Of a DNA stretch of 64,000 nt, positions 1 to 10,039 are shown in pieces. Source of the DNA: Candidatus Schekmanbacteria bacterium RIFCSPLOWO2_02_FULL_38_14 (GTDB lineage: Bacteria > Schekmanbacteria > GWA2-38-11). Below the pieces are notes generated by a model that was not told the origin of the DNA, ran no database searches, and worked only from the letters and a program-made list of their open reading frames with translations. Within the stretch, counting starts at the first letter, position 1. Each line of letters opens with the position of its first letter. The translations under genes were made by a program, and so were the position numbers. The stretch covers positions 2,044 through 66,043 of the forward strand of contig MGDH01000016.1 in the NCBI GenBank assembly GCA_001790855.1, in the 5' to 3' direction.

Positions 1-1077
1 AAGTAAATCTTTTATAGCTTTGGTGTCTGTCATGCTGTGGACTTTTGTCCATGTTGTGCCTGAGCCAGACCATCTCCATATCTCAGCGCCCTGCTGGTTA
101 TTAGGGTCTGTCTGCCCATTGCCAAATATTGCTGCCTTGCTTGTTCCTGCATAAAGGGCACCGTTAAAGCCTGCCAGAGATGTGCCCCAGTTGTTATAGC
201 CAAAATTTAAATAATCTTCAGCGCCTCCGAAACCATCCGCATTAATCTGGGACCATGTTCCGCCTGTAGGCTCATACTCCCATACCTCGGCACCGGTAAT
301 TCCAGTTCCTGTTCCAATTCCACCAGGAAAGTCATTTTGTTTGCCTGTATCCCTTGCAGGATGAACCTGTTTGCCCATTGTAACATAGAGTTTACCATTA
401 AAGGCTGTCATTGAATCAATAAATATTTTGTCTCCCCTATCAGCATCAGCATTCTCCCATGCTGTAGATGCTATGCCGTCACCGGCTATCTGATGCCAGT
501 TGTCTGCATAGATATTGCCAGAGAAGCTAAAGTTAACTGCATCAGGGTCAGAAAATTTCCATGCAACCCTTGAACTCGATCCCCCTGAAGCAATATATTC
601 CGCATTTGGTGCGTGATTGAAATAAGGATTCCCATCAGGGTCATAGCCATATTCATTATTGACCGAGATGCCAGAAGTAACACTGCTGATTGTAACATAA
701 GTACCGTAAAGAGTATCTGATGAATTGTTAGTTAAGAGAACTGAGGCTGTAAAAATCTTATCTCCGGCATTCCAAAAAGAATTTACTCCATCAGTTGAAA
801 TTGTGATGTTTGGTGTAACACTAAGTTTTGATGAAACTCCTTTTTTTCTCTTGCCGTCAAGGTACTCAATCTTCATACTCCCTCTTGCAACATCAATATG
901 GGCAACAAAGCTCTGAATAGGCTTTTTGGAATTTTTTTTCAGAGAACCTTCAACTTCCCCATTACCTAAACCAAGTTTTCCGCCGCCTCCGCTATCACCT
1001 CCGCATCCTTGGAGGGTTAAGATCAAAAATGTTATTAATATAACTAAGTATAACCCCTTAGAAAAAACATTTTTCAT
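1..1077 (-). CDS. Secreted lipoprotein, first 359 codons only (3' end lies beyond position 1); distal part has beta-propeller/Kelch-like repeats
   Basis: My own minus-strand translation from ATG at 1077 (SD-like AAGGAGAAGGG just upstream) stays open to position 1. It reads MKNVFSKGLYLVILITFLILTLQGCGGDSGGGG..., a signal peptide plus lipobox LQGC. Later motifs recur: GKLYV, GALYAG, AEVWEY, AEIWRW. It is absent from the ORF track because there is no stop in the window. Plus-strand ORFs 725..916 and 926..1108 are antisense to it. Confidence 0.6.
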   Translation of the reverse strand, partial: MKNVFSKGLYLVILITFLILTLQGCGGDSGGGGKLGLGNGEVEGSLKKNSKKPIQSFVAHIDVARGSMKIEYLDGKRKKGVSSKLSVTPNITISTDGVNSFWNAGDKIFTASVLLTNNSSDTLYGTYVTISSVTSGISVNNEYGYDPDGNPYFNHAPNAEYIASGGSSSRVAWKFSDPDAVNFSFSGNIYADNWHQIAGDGIASTAWENADADRGDKIFIDSMTAFNGKLYVTMGKQVHPARDTGKQNDFPGGIGTGTGITGAEVWEYEPTGGTWSQINADGFGGAEDYLNFGYNNWGTSLAGFNGALYAGTSKAAIFGNGQTDPNNQQGAEIWRWSGSGTTWTKVHSMTDTKAIKDLL

Positions 1078-1114
1078 AATCCCTTCTCCTTATAAATTAC
1101 CTTTATAGACTATC

Positions 1115-3109
1115 CTATTTAATTTTTATTACAAATTGCTTACTCTTGGTCTTCTTTGCAGGACTGCTTGAGTCTGTTACAGTTATTTTGAATTTAAATG
1201 TTCCTCGTGTTGTAGGCTTACCTGAAATTGCTCCTGTTGATTTATTCAGTCTCAATCTGGGAGGCAGTTTCCCACTTGCCAGTTTCCATGTATATGGAGT
1301 AGTACCACCACTTGCCTCTATCTTGCCGGAATAGGCTTTTTTCAATTTTCCTGCTGGCAAAGGAGAAGTTGTGGTAATACTTAAATTAGTAACTGAAGCA
1401 GTACCGCTAAAATCCTGAGTCTCATCTTTGGAAAGGGCTGTGAAGTCTTTTTGGGTTGGTGTAAAGGCATATCCTGTCAAAGTCGGGGTGACTGTGTAAT
1501 CCTTGTCTCCTTCAAGCCCTGAGAAGGTATATTTCCCGTCACTTCCGGGATTGGTGGTTGCGCTATCTCCGCCGCTCAATGTAACTGTCACACCAATTAC
1601 ACTGCCGCTTCCTCCTGAAAGGCTAATCGTTCCAGATATGGTATATGTAGCTTCGGTAAAATCCTGCACCTCATCCTGAGAAAGGCTGGTAAAATCTGCT
1701 TTGGTCGGGTCAAAGATATAGCCTGGCAAGGTGGGAGTAACCGTATAATTCTTCCCTTGTTCAAGTCCCTCCTCAAAAGAATATATTCCATTATTAAGCC
1801 CGGGAGAAGTTACAGGATTTGTGGTAGCACTTTTATCTCCGCTCAGTGTAACTGTTACATCAGTTGCGCTTTTGCTTCCTCCTGAAAGAGCAATTTCACC
1901 TGTAATTGCATGGGGAAGCATATCTGCTGATTTGTCAGTAAAAACACCTGTCCCATCATTTATCAGAAGCCTATTATTACCGCCGAAATTGGTAACAAAT
2001 ATATCAGGTTTGTCATCCCCATTGGCATCACCTGTTGCCGCACCACTGCTGTAATCATCATCCACCGGCAAGGTTCCTTCTGTAAAATGGCCTGAACCAT
2101 TATTAATAAGCAGTTTGTCCTGCCCGTCATTTGCCACAAAAATGTCATAGTCACCATCATTATCTACATCAACAGCAACAGCACTCCAGCTTGAATCTGA
2201 AATCTGTGGCAAATTTGCAGTTTTATCTTCAAACTCTGATGTTCCTGAATTAAAGATATATAACCTGTTCTGCTGTCCTTTTGCATTAGTAACAAAAATA
2301 TCATTCTTGTTGTCACCGCTAAAATCCTTGATTATAACAGAAGAGCTGAAGTCTGTGTCTTGCGGAAAAAAACCAGTGCTTGCTGCGCTAAAACTCCCTG
2401 AACCATTATTAAGATACACTTTATTTACTACACCGCTATCTTTACCATTGGCTACAAATATGTCTACATCGCCGTCATTGTCCAAATCTCCAAAAGCTGC
2501 ATCAAAACTGTAATCATTAAAACTTGGCAGGTTTAAAGAGGTCTTATCTGCAAACTTACTTATTCCGGTATTATAAATGTATAACCTGTTCTGCTGTCCT
2601 CCGTCATTTGCAATATAAATATAATCAACCTTATTATCACTGTTAATATCAGCCACAGTTGCAGAAATGCTTGAATCCTCATCATTAGGAATTATAATAT
2701 TATTATATGTATCCCCTACCTTGCTTGAATCCTCAGTAAACTGCCCGCTACCGTTATTAAGGAGAAGTCTGTTTGCAACGCTAAGAGAATTAACAGCCAG
2801 AATATCCGGTTTTCCATCTTCATTAAAATCACCAACAACTACTTTTTCAGTAACAGTTGAGTTACTGCCAGTAATTCTTGTAGAGGTTTCATCTATAAAA
2901 TATAGATTGTTGTTATTTATTAATATTCTGATTGCATTGCTTGTAGAACCGTAGGAAGAGCTTGAAACAATCAAATCTTTGTCACCATCATTATCAATGT
3001 CTGTAAAAACAGCGCTTGTATAAGGACGGGGAATCTCACCGTAACAGAAATTTGCAAAAAGTAAAATCAAGAAAACGATTAGAGAAAATCTAGCAGATTT
3101 GAAATACAT
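1115..3109 (-). CDS. Secreted FG-GAP/VCBS-repeat protein with two carboxypeptidase-regulatory-like domains and a C-terminal Ig-like domain
   Basis: 664 aa with signal peptide MYFKSARFSLIVFLILLFANFCYG. Repeated D.D.DGD..D(I/L)(F/I)V.N Ca-binding FG-GAP-type motifs (DIDNDGDKDLIV, DLDNDGDVDIFV, DVDNDGDYDIFV, DANGDDKPDIFV). Two tandem ~85-aa domains (VTVTLSG..SATTNP...Y(S/T)F..L....(N/D)YTVTPTL.GY.F.PT). C-terminal ASGGTTPYTW Ig-like motif. SD GGAGGAATAA before the ATG. Confidence 0.8.
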   Translation of the reverse strand: MYFKSARFSLIVFLILLFANFCYGEIPRPYTSAVFTDIDNDGDKDLIVSSSSYGSTSNAIRILINNNNLYFIDETSTRITGSNSTVTEKVVVGDFNEDGKPDILAVNSLSVANRLLLNNGSGQFTEDSSKVGDTYNNIIIPNDEDSSISATVADINSDNKVDYIYIANDGGQQNRLYIYNTGISKFADKTSLNLPSFNDYSFDAAFGDLDNDGDVDIFVANGKDSGVVNKVYLNNGSGSFSAASTGFFPQDTDFSSSVIIKDFSGDNKNDIFVTNAKGQQNRLYIFNSGTSEFEDKTANLPQISDSSWSAVAVDVDNDGDYDIFVANDGQDKLLINNGSGHFTEGTLPVDDDYSSGAATGDANGDDKPDIFVTNFGGNNRLLINDGTGVFTDKSADMLPHAITGEIALSGGSKSATDVTVTLSGDKSATTNPVTSPGLNNGIYSFEEGLEQGKNYTVTPTLPGYIFDPTKADFTSLSQDEVQDFTEATYTISGTISLSGGSGSVIGVTVTLSGGDSATTNPGSDGKYTFSGLEGDKDYTVTPTLTGYAFTPTQKDFTALSKDETQDFSGTASVTNLSITTTSPLPAGKLKKAYSGKIEASGGTTPYTWKLASGKLPPRLRLNKSTGAISGKPTTRGTFKFKITVTDSSSPAKKTKSKQFVIKIK

Positions 3110-3372
3110 TTATTCCTCCTTTTGAGTAAAAGGTAAAAAAAATATCTAATTTCTTTCTAAGCTCAGGCAATTTTTTGCAGAACCACCCCTTTCTAATAAT
3201 TTAAATTTATACAAGATTTTAACTTACTTTATCCGTCATATTGCAGAAACAGACCTTATCTGAATTTTAAGACATTATAAAAAATATTTTAATTCATTTC
3301 TATAAAAAACACTATTTCTTATTAATTATCCTTAATTTATTGTCAACAAAAATTCAACTTCTACTTTTCCTC

Positions 3373-3401
3373 TTGACATCGCATAAACCTCCTTATATAT
3401 C
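3373..3401 (+). promoter_or_regulatory. Candidate sigma70-type promoter (TTGACA-17 nt-TATATC) about 260 nt upstream of ugd
   Basis: TTGACA at 3373-3378, a 17-nt spacer, TATATC at 3396-3401. It lies inside the 555-bp spacer 3110-3664. Confidence 0.3.
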
Positions 3402-3664
3402 TTATCACCTCGTAAATGGCAGAAAGCCATGATGAAGCACTATCCTAAATTCATTGCGGGAAGCAAAGCAATTGAGGATTTAACAGAAGATGTTGGCTGT
3501 CAGTCAACAGGTAAAAATTAAAAACAAAAAGGCTAAATCAGGTAGTCTTTTTTATTTATCTGCTAATAAGAGCAGGTATATTTCCCGAAAAACATAAAGC
3601 TTGCTGGGGTAAAGAAATCTGTTGCTTGGATAAAAAATCATAAAACTTATTTCGGAGGAAAAAA

Positions 3665-4963
3665 ATGAACATCTGCGTCATTGGCACAGGCTATGTCGGA
3701 CTTGTAACAGGCGCTGTATTTGCAGACCTTGGTAATGATGTGATATGCGTTGACAGCGATGAGAAAAAAATTGAAATGCTGAATAAAAACATAATGCCAA
3801 TCTACGAGCCCGGGCTTGAAGAAATGGTATCAAGAAATTTTTCTGACAAAAGACTTGTCTTTACCTCTAATCTGGAAATGGGAGTAAAAAGATCAGATGT
3901 GATTTTCATAGCTGTTGGAACGCCTCCGAAAGAAAACGGAGAAACTGATTTGACATATATAGAGGAAGCAGCAAGAGGAATAGCCAAATATATTGATAAA
4001 TACAAGGTCATAGTCAACAAATCTACTGTTCCTGTTGGCACCGGCGATTTTGTAAGAGAAATCATTGAAAAGAATAAAAAAACTAATGTTGATTTTGATG
4101 TTCTATCAAACCCTGAATTTTTAAGAGAAGGCTCGGCAATAAGAGACACGCTGCACCCGGACAGAATTGTAATAGGCGCGCCATCAAAACAGGTAGCAAT
4201 GGTTCTTCTTGAACTTTATGCTACCCTTGAAAGGCCAATGATTATAACTGACATTTACAGCGCTGAGATGATAAAGTATGCGTCAAACTCCTTCCTTGCA
4301 TTAAAAATTTCATTTATTAACTCAGTTGCTGACCTGTGTGAAAAAACAGGTGCAAATGTAACTGATGTTGCAAAAGGAATGGGGCTTGACTCAAGAATTG
4401 GCCAGAATTTTCTGGACCCGGGTCTTGGCTACGGGGGTTCGTGTTTCCCAAAAGATGTTGACTCGTTTATAAAAACTGCTGAAAGATTCTCTCATCAGTT
4501 TGAAATACTAAAGGCTGCTGTAGAAGTAAACAGGCAGAGATGCCCAAAGTTTATAAACAAGATGAAAAATGTGCTCGGAACATTAAAGGGGAAGACTATA
4601 GGGATTCTTGGGCTTTCATTTAAACCCAACACTGATGATATAAGGGAAGCAAAATCCCTTGAACTGATATCATTTTTAATAAATGAAGGAGCCAATATAA
4701 GAGCATACGACCCTGTGGCAATGGATAATACAAAAGCCCTGTTTCCCGGTATCACTTACTGCAGCAACCCATACGAATTGGCAGAAGGATGTGATGCCCT
4801 TGCAATTGTAACGGAATGGAGAGAATTCAGATTTTTAAATCTTGAAAAAATCAAGCAGGCTATGAAACGTCCTGTTATTTTTGACGGAAGGAACATTTAC
4901 GACCCTGCAAGAAAGAAAAAACTGGGATTTGAGTATTACAGCATAGGCAGACAAAAATGTTAA
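3665..4963 (+). CDS. ugd: UDP-glucose 6-dehydrogenase
   Basis: 432 aa. N-terminal Rossmann motif VIGTGYVGLVTG and catalytic-Cys motif GGSCFPKD. SD GGAGGAAAAAA before the ATG. Confidence 0.9.
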   Translation: MNICVIGTGYVGLVTGAVFADLGNDVICVDSDEKKIEMLNKNIMPIYEPGLEEMVSRNFSDKRLVFTSNLEMGVKRSDVIFIAVGTPPKENGETDLTYIEEAARGIAKYIDKYKVIVNKSTVPVGTGDFVREIIEKNKKTNVDFDVLSNPEFLREGSAIRDTLHPDRIVIGAPSKQVAMVLLELYATLERPMIITDIYSAEMIKYASNSFLALKISFINSVADLCEKTGANVTDVAKGMGLDSRIGQNFLDPGLGYGGSCFPKDVDSFIKTAERFSHQFEILKAAVEVNRQRCPKFINKMKNVLGTLKGKTIGILGLSFKPNTDDIREAKSLELISFLINEGANIRAYDPVAMDNTKALFPGITYCSNPYELAEGCDALAIVTEWREFRFLNLEKIKQAMKRPVIFDGRNIYDPARKKKLGFEYYSIGRQKC

Positions 4964-5838
4964 AAAGCATGACAGGATTCGGGCAGGGAGAAGCCAGCAG
5001 CAACCTGCATAAAATCAGAATTGAAATCCGCTCCGTCAATCACCGCTATCTTGAAATCTCCGCGAAACTTCCGGGAATATTAAAATCTTTTGAAAGAAAG
5101 GCTTTTGAAGAGCTTAAAAAAAATTTCTCCCGTGGAAAGTTTGAACTTTTTCTGAACCTTGATTCAAATACCAGCCAGCCTATCAAGGAAATAGAATTAG
5201 ACCTCAGGCTTGCAGAAAACTATATAAAAGTCTTGAAGGAGTTAAAGGATATTTATTCTCTTTCGGGAGAAATCACTGTATCAGATGTTGCAAAACTGAG
5301 GGATATTTTTATTCTAAAAGAATCACAGGATGATGAAAGCTGCATTGACAGGCTTTTTGAATCAGCTCTTTCTCAGGCAATAAGCGCAATCAGGGAAAGC
5401 CGGATTTCAGAAGGAATTATCATTGAAAAGGATATGAGAAAAAGAGTTCTGGATATCTTGAAATCTGTTCAGCAGATTGATGAAAAAAAAGAGTCGTTTC
5501 TTCTTGCATATAAAGACAAACTGCAGGAAAGGATAAAAAAAATATCTTCAGGAATTGAAATAGACCCTGCAAAAATAGAGGAACAGATAGTGCTTTTTGC
5601 TGAGAAAAGCGACATCACAGAAGAAGTTTTAAGGGCTAAAACCCATCTTGAAAATTTTTTAAAGCTTTTTAAAGAATGCGAACCTGTTGGAAGAAAAATG
5701 GATTTCTACATACAGGAAATTAACCGCGAAATAAACACAATGAGCTCCAAAAGCAGCAGCGTGATTGTCTCAGAAACAGCAGTCATAGTGAAGGCTGAAC
5801 TTGAAAAGATAAGAGAGCAGGTACAGAATGTTGAGTAG
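4957..5838 (+). CDS. yicC: YicC family stress-induced protein
   Basis: 293 aa. N-terminal SMTGFG signature and C-terminal QEINREINT motif. Overlaps the ugd stop by 7 nt. Confidence 0.85.
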   Translation: MLKSMTGFGQGEASSNLHKIRIEIRSVNHRYLEISAKLPGILKSFERKAFEELKKNFSRGKFELFLNLDSNTSQPIKEIELDLRLAENYIKVLKELKDIYSLSGEITVSDVAKLRDIFILKESQDDESCIDRLFESALSQAISAIRESRISEGIIIEKDMRKRVLDILKSVQQIDEKKESFLLAYKDKLQERIKKISSGIEIDPAKIEEQIVLFAEKSDITEEVLRAKTHLENFLKLFKECEPVGRKMDFYIQEINREINTMSSKSSSVIVSETAVIVKAELEKIREQVQNVE

Positions 5839-6442
5839 AAAAAACTTCCTTCTGATAGTTTCTGCGCCTTCAGGGGGAGGAAAAACCACTCTGTGCAAAA
5901 AACTAATTGAATCTCTCCCTGATATAAAACTCTCTGTTTCCTATACCACAAGAACGCCAAGAAGCGGTGAAATCAATGGAAATGATTATTTCTTCATCTC
6001 AGGCAAACGTTTCAGGGAAATGAAATCAAAGGGGGCTTTTGCCGAGTGGGCGCTGGTTCACGGGAATTATTATGGAACAACTTTAAAAAATGTAAAGGAA
6101 GCAATGGACAGGGGAAATGATCTGGTTTTAGCCATTGACACGCAGGGTGCCACAAAAGCAAGAAAGAAGTTCAAAAATTCGCTACTTGTCTTTGTAATCC
6201 CTTCTTCTTTAAAGGAACTTGAAAAAAGATTAAAAAGCAGGAATGCTGACTCCTTTGAGGAAATAGAGAAAAGGCTGAAAGCTGCCTTAAAGGAAATAAA
6301 ATGTATTCCCAGATATGATTACCTGATAATTAATGACAATATCCATTCAGCCTTATCAGAGTTAAAATCCATTGTCATTGCTGAAAGGATAAAAGTCTCA
6401 AGAATCAAGGAAAAGAAATTCAGCTTAAAAAACCTTCTCTGA
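5828..6442 (+). CDS. gmk: Guanylate kinase
   Basis: 204 aa. P-loop SAPSGGGKTT and TTRTPRSGEINGNDYFF motif. Confidence 0.92.
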   Translation: MLSRKNFLLIVSAPSGGGKTTLCKKLIESLPDIKLSVSYTTRTPRSGEINGNDYFFISGKRFREMKSKGAFAEWALVHGNYYGTTLKNVKEAMDRGNDLVLAIDTQGATKARKKFKNSLLVFVIPSSLKELEKRLKSRNADSFEEIEKRLKAALKEIKCIPRYDYLIINDNIHSALSELKSIVIAERIKVSRIKEKKFSLKNLL

Positions 6443-7020
6443 TGAACACACATATTATTTTAGCTTCATCCTCACCGAGAAAAAATTCTCTGCTAACTGA
6501 AACAGGACTAAAATTTAAAACTGTACCATCCAATGTTGATGAAAAAGCAAAAATTTCAGAAAGTGCAGAGGATTTTGCTTTAAGAACAGCAAAAGAAAAA
6601 GCCTTAAAGGCTTCATTGAAAGAGAAGGGAATAATCATAGCTGCTGATACAGTGATTAAGATTGATAGTTCAATTATCGGGAAACCGAAAGACGGAAAAG
6701 ATGCTGTAAGAATCCTCTCGCGTTTGAGCGGAAGAAAACATGCTGTGATAACAGGGCTTGCTGTTTATGATACTTCAACAAAAAGATTCTATACCAAATG
6801 TGTAAGGACATATGTGACAATGGATACACTGAGCCCTGAACAGATAAAATCCTATGTCAGAACAGGAGAACCGCTGGATAAAGCAGGCGGATATGCCATA
6901 CAGGGCAAAGGGAAATTTTTTATTCGCAAAATCGACGGATGCTATTTTAATGTTGTTGGACTTCCCCTGAATGCCCTGTCAAAGCTTTTAAATAAAGCAG
7001 GATGCAAAAAACTCTTTTAA
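6442..7020 (+). CDS. maf: Maf-like nucleoside triphosphate pyrophosphatase
   Basis: 192 aa. ILASSSPRK N-terminus, AADTV, KAGGYAIQG motifs. Shares 1 nt with the gmk stop. Confidence 0.9.
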   Translation: MNTHIILASSSPRKNSLLTETGLKFKTVPSNVDEKAKISESAEDFALRTAKEKALKASLKEKGIIIAADTVIKIDSSIIGKPKDGKDAVRILSRLSGRKHAVITGLAVYDTSTKRFYTKCVRTYVTMDTLSPEQIKSYVRTGEPLDKAGGYAIQGKGKFFIRKIDGCYFNVVGLPLNALSKLLNKAGCKKLF

Positions 7021-7265
7021 AAATAAAGGTTACTCCACGTTCTTCAAAAAATGAAGTAAAGGAACTTTCTGATGGCGTGCTAAGAATCCGCCTCACATCT
7101 CCTCCGACAGAAGGTAAGGCAAATGAGCATCTCGTAAAATTTCTGGCTGAAATTTTTAATATTAAAAAATCAGATATAAGAATTGTATCAGGTTTTAAAT
7201 CACGGGAAAAACTGGTAGAAATCTCTGCAAAATCCATTCAGATACCAACAATAAAAAAAGTTTAA
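7002..7265 (+). CDS. DUF167 (YggU-like) protein
   Basis: 87 aa. KVTPRSSKNEV and EGKANEHLVKFLAEIF motifs are typical of the YggU family. Overlaps the maf 3' end. Confidence 0.75.
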   Translation: MQKTLLKIKVTPRSSKNEVKELSDGVLRIRLTSPPTEGKANEHLVKFLAEIFNIKKSDIRIVSGFKSREKLVEISAKSIQIPTIKKV

Positions 7266-7452
7266 AATTTTTACGTTGATTTGAGATTTTGGATTTGATA
7301 TTTTATAATGCATAATTAAGGTAGATTTGTCCAAAATAAATTTGTGTCCAGTAAAATTAATGTCCTCTTGATTCCTGCTGGAGTTTACCATCATGAAAAT
7401 GGGGGTAGGAATCATCATGAGTCAAAGGCTCATAAAGGGGCATGAAAATAAT

Positions 7453-7487
7453 CAGGCGCCTGCCTGCCGGCAGGCAGGTCCCGCCTG
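7453..7487. repeat. GC-rich nested palindrome (REP-like), copy 1; core CCTGCCTGCCGGCAGGCAGG
   Basis: Perfect 20-nt palindrome at 7459-7478, extended by an outer stem CAGGCG (7453-7458) / CGCCTG (7482-7487) with a 3-nt bulge. The same 20-nt core recurs at 13411-13430. Flanked by 9-nt direct repeats CATGAAAAT (7441-7449, 7490-7498). Confidence 0.8.
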
Positions 7488-7556
7488 TCCATGAAAATTT
7501 TAGAGTCAATGACAATAATTAATTGGAACAGTAGTGCTTAATTTACTAAAATTCTT

Positions 7557-8624
7557 ATGAGGGAAGAAATGTTTAAGACCGTTGAATGGAAAAATAATTT
7601 TGTCAGATTAATTGACCAAATCAGGTTGCCTGACAAGGAGGTTTATGTTGACTGCAGAAACTATGAAGAAGTAGCTCAGGCAATAGAAAAAATGATAGTC
7701 AGGGGCGCTCCTGCAATCGGTGTGACAGCAGCTTTTGGAATCGCTCTCGGGGCAGTAAAATCAAAAGCAGACACTATAGGAAAATTTAAAGCAGAATTTG
7801 ATAAAATCTGTTATCGTTTAAGCATTACAAGACCAACCGCAGTTAACCTTTTCTGGGCAATTGACAGGATGAAGGAAGTTTTCATCAAAAACAGCAAATG
7901 CCCGCCTGATGAAATTAAAAGGCTTCTTCTCAAAGAAGCAAAAACTGTTTGTGAAGAAGATATAAAGATTAACAAATTAATCGGAATGCACGGCAGCAAG
8001 CTGATAAACAACGGAGACACTGTCCTGACTCACTGCAATGCAGGCGCGCTTGCAACAGCAGGCTTTGGAACAGCCCTTGGTGTTATAAGGGCATCTGTTA
8101 ATGACGGGAAAAAAATTGCGGTTATTGCTGATGAAACAAGACCGTTTTTGCAGGGAGCAAGGCTTACAGCATGGGAGCTTTTAAAGGATAAAATCCCTGT
8201 GACATTAATCTGCGATAATATGGCGGGTTATTTTATGAGCAAAGGAGAGATTTCAAAAGTCATTGTAGGAGCCGACAGGATAGCCTCAAACGGGGACGTA
8301 GCAAATAAAATAGGAACTTATACTGTGGCTGTTCTTGCAAAAGAACATAATATACCATTCTATGTGGCAGCACCAATATCAACCATTGACCCTAAAATGA
8401 AAAACGGAAAATTCATTCCGATTGAGGAAAGGAATCCTTTGGAGATAACTACAATCAAAGGAAAACCAATTGCACCTCAAAAGGTTAGAGTCAAAAACCC
8501 TGCCTTTGATGTTACTCCAAACTGCTATATCTCTGCAATCATAACTGAGAAAGGAATTTTAAGAAAACCGTATTCAGAAAGCATCAAAAAGGTTTTAACC
8601 CGCATAAGTTCTAAGAAGAAATAA
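7557..8624 (+). CDS. mtnA: S-methyl-5-thioribose-1-phosphate isomerase
   Basis: 355 aa, eIF-2B-related family. Motifs [37 protein letters not shown]. Confidence 0.88.
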   Translation: MREEMFKTVEWKNNFVRLIDQIRLPDKEVYVDCRNYEEVAQAIEKMIVRGAPAIGVTAAFGIALGAVKSKADTIGKFKAEFDKICYRLSITRPTAVNLFWAIDRMKEVFIKNSKCPPDEIKRLLLKEAKTVCEEDIKINKLIGMHGSKLINNGDTVLTHCNAGALATAGFGTALGVIRASVNDGKKIAVIADETRPFLQGARLTAWELLKDKIPVTLICDNMAGYFMSKGEISKVIVGADRIASNGDVANKIGTYTVAVLAKEHNIPFYVAAPISTIDPKMKNGKFIPIEERNPLEITTIKGKPIAPQKVRVKNPAFDVTPNCYISAIITEKGILRKPYSESIKKVLTRISSKKK

Positions 8625-8638
8625 AACCTTACAACCAA

Positions 8639-10039
8639 CTATCCCTTTCCGCTAACGCTCATCTCTTCAATCATCAGCGTTGGGGCACCAATCCTTCCAT
8701 AAAATCTTAAATCAGAGCCGACTTTTTTAACAGACCTGAATAAATCCATTATATTTCCTGAAATCACAACACCCCTTACAGGAAATGATATCTTCCCTCC
8801 TTTAATCCATAAACCTGAAACACCAAGAGAGAAATCCCCTGAAATCGGATTGGCAGTATGAACACCCATTGCCTCTCTTATAAGAAAACCATCATCAATT
8901 TCTGAAACAATTTCTTCCTGTGAAATGTTTCCCTTTTCTATATAAAAATTGGAAACGCTAACCCTTGGTGTATCTTTAAACCCTCCTCTGAATCCATTCC
9001 CTGTGGAAACTGTGTCGTCTTTTTTCGCTGTGTATATATCGTACAGAAAACCTCTCAGGACTCCGTTTTCAACCAGAACTGTCCTCTGCATCGGAACTCC
9101 TTCGCCATCAGCAGGCGCTGATGCTAATCCCTCAGGCAAAAGCCCGTTATCAACGATTGAAATCTGCTTTGCAGCAACACTTTCGCCTGTTTTTCCGGAA
9201 AGCATTGATTTCCCTTTCTGTACATTATCAGCAGACAATGAAGAAGCAAAAATGCTTAAAAATTCCATAGCCACATATGGGTCAAGAAGAACCGGAACCT
9301 TTTTTGTCTCCACAGAAGTTGCACCAAGCATCTCAACTGCCCTTCTTGCAGCCTCTCTTCCAACCATCTCAAAATCCAGATTTTTAAACCACCTTGATGA
9401 ATCAATTTCCCATCCCGTTTCCATCACATTGTTTTCCTGGGCAATCAGGGTTATGCTTGAGGAACAGTAAGTTCCCCTGTTGGTATATTCCAGTCCCTTT
9501 GTGTTTAAAATCGCAACCTCATACTGAGTATCATCGAATGAGCATTTTCTTACATTTATAATTCTTTTATCAAAATCTCTTCCTGTTTTTTCTGCAAATC
9601 TGGTTTTTTCTATTTTTTCCTCTATGGATATTTCGCTCAATTTTTCATCAAAGCAGTTGACCTGAGGATATCTTTCAACTGCCTCAGAAAAACCCCTGAA
9701 CTCGTCAGGAGTGCTATTCCTTGCGCTGCTGATTGCCTTGTCTATTAGTTTATTGATTGAATCGCTGTTAAAATCATTACAATAGGAAAAACCGCATGCT
9801 CCGTCAACCATAACTCTCAACCCAATTCCTCTGTCCTTGGCAAGTTCAAAAGAGTCAACCCTCTGGTCTTTTATCTCAATTGAAGTGGACTCAGAACTTG
9901 TCATATATACTTCTGCACCCTGAGCCTTTCTCCCTTTAGCTTTTTTCAAAATTTCTCTGCAAAGTTTTATTGCTTCCAATTCACTCTCCATATTTTCGGG
10001 ACATTCTTGTCCCGCTGACATTTCAATTTTCATTTTCAT
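8639..10039 (-). CDS. TldD/PmbA family metalloprotease
   Basis: 466 aa. Family-typical blocks GIGLRV..G..GFSY, GNGFRGGF, GDFSLGVSGLWIKGG. Confidence 0.85.
   Translation of the reverse strand: MKMKIEMSAGQECPENMESELEAIKLCREILKKAKGRKAQGAEVYMTSSESTSIEIKDQRVDSFELAKDRGIGLRVMVDGACGFSYCNDFNSDSINKLIDKAISSARNSTPDEFRGFSEAVERYPQVNCFDEKLSEISIEEKIEKTRFAEKTGRDFDKRIINVRKCSFDDTQYEVAILNTKGLEYTNRGTYCSSSITLIAQENNVMETGWEIDSSRWFKNLDFEMVGREAARRAVEMLGATSVETKKVPVLLDPYVAMEFLSIFASSLSADNVQKGKSMLSGKTGESVAAKQISIVDNGLLPEGLASAPADGEGVPMQRTVLVENGVLRGFLYDIYTAKKDDTVSTGNGFRGGFKDTPRVSVSNFYIEKGNISQEEIVSEIDDGFLIREAMGVHTANPISGDFSLGVSGLWIKGGKISFPVRGVVISGNIMDLFRSVKKVGSDLRFYGRIGAPTLMIEEMSVSGKG

Noticed and set aside
3429-3521. 30-codon ORF in the ugd upstream spacer.
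   Set aside because: It has no SD and no recognisable motif. It is mentioned only under the spacer finding.
7266-7556. Possible SAM or other riboswitch upstream of the methionine-salvage gene mtnA.
   Set aside because: I could not recognise S-box or other riboswitch core motifs. The only structured part is the REP-like palindrome.
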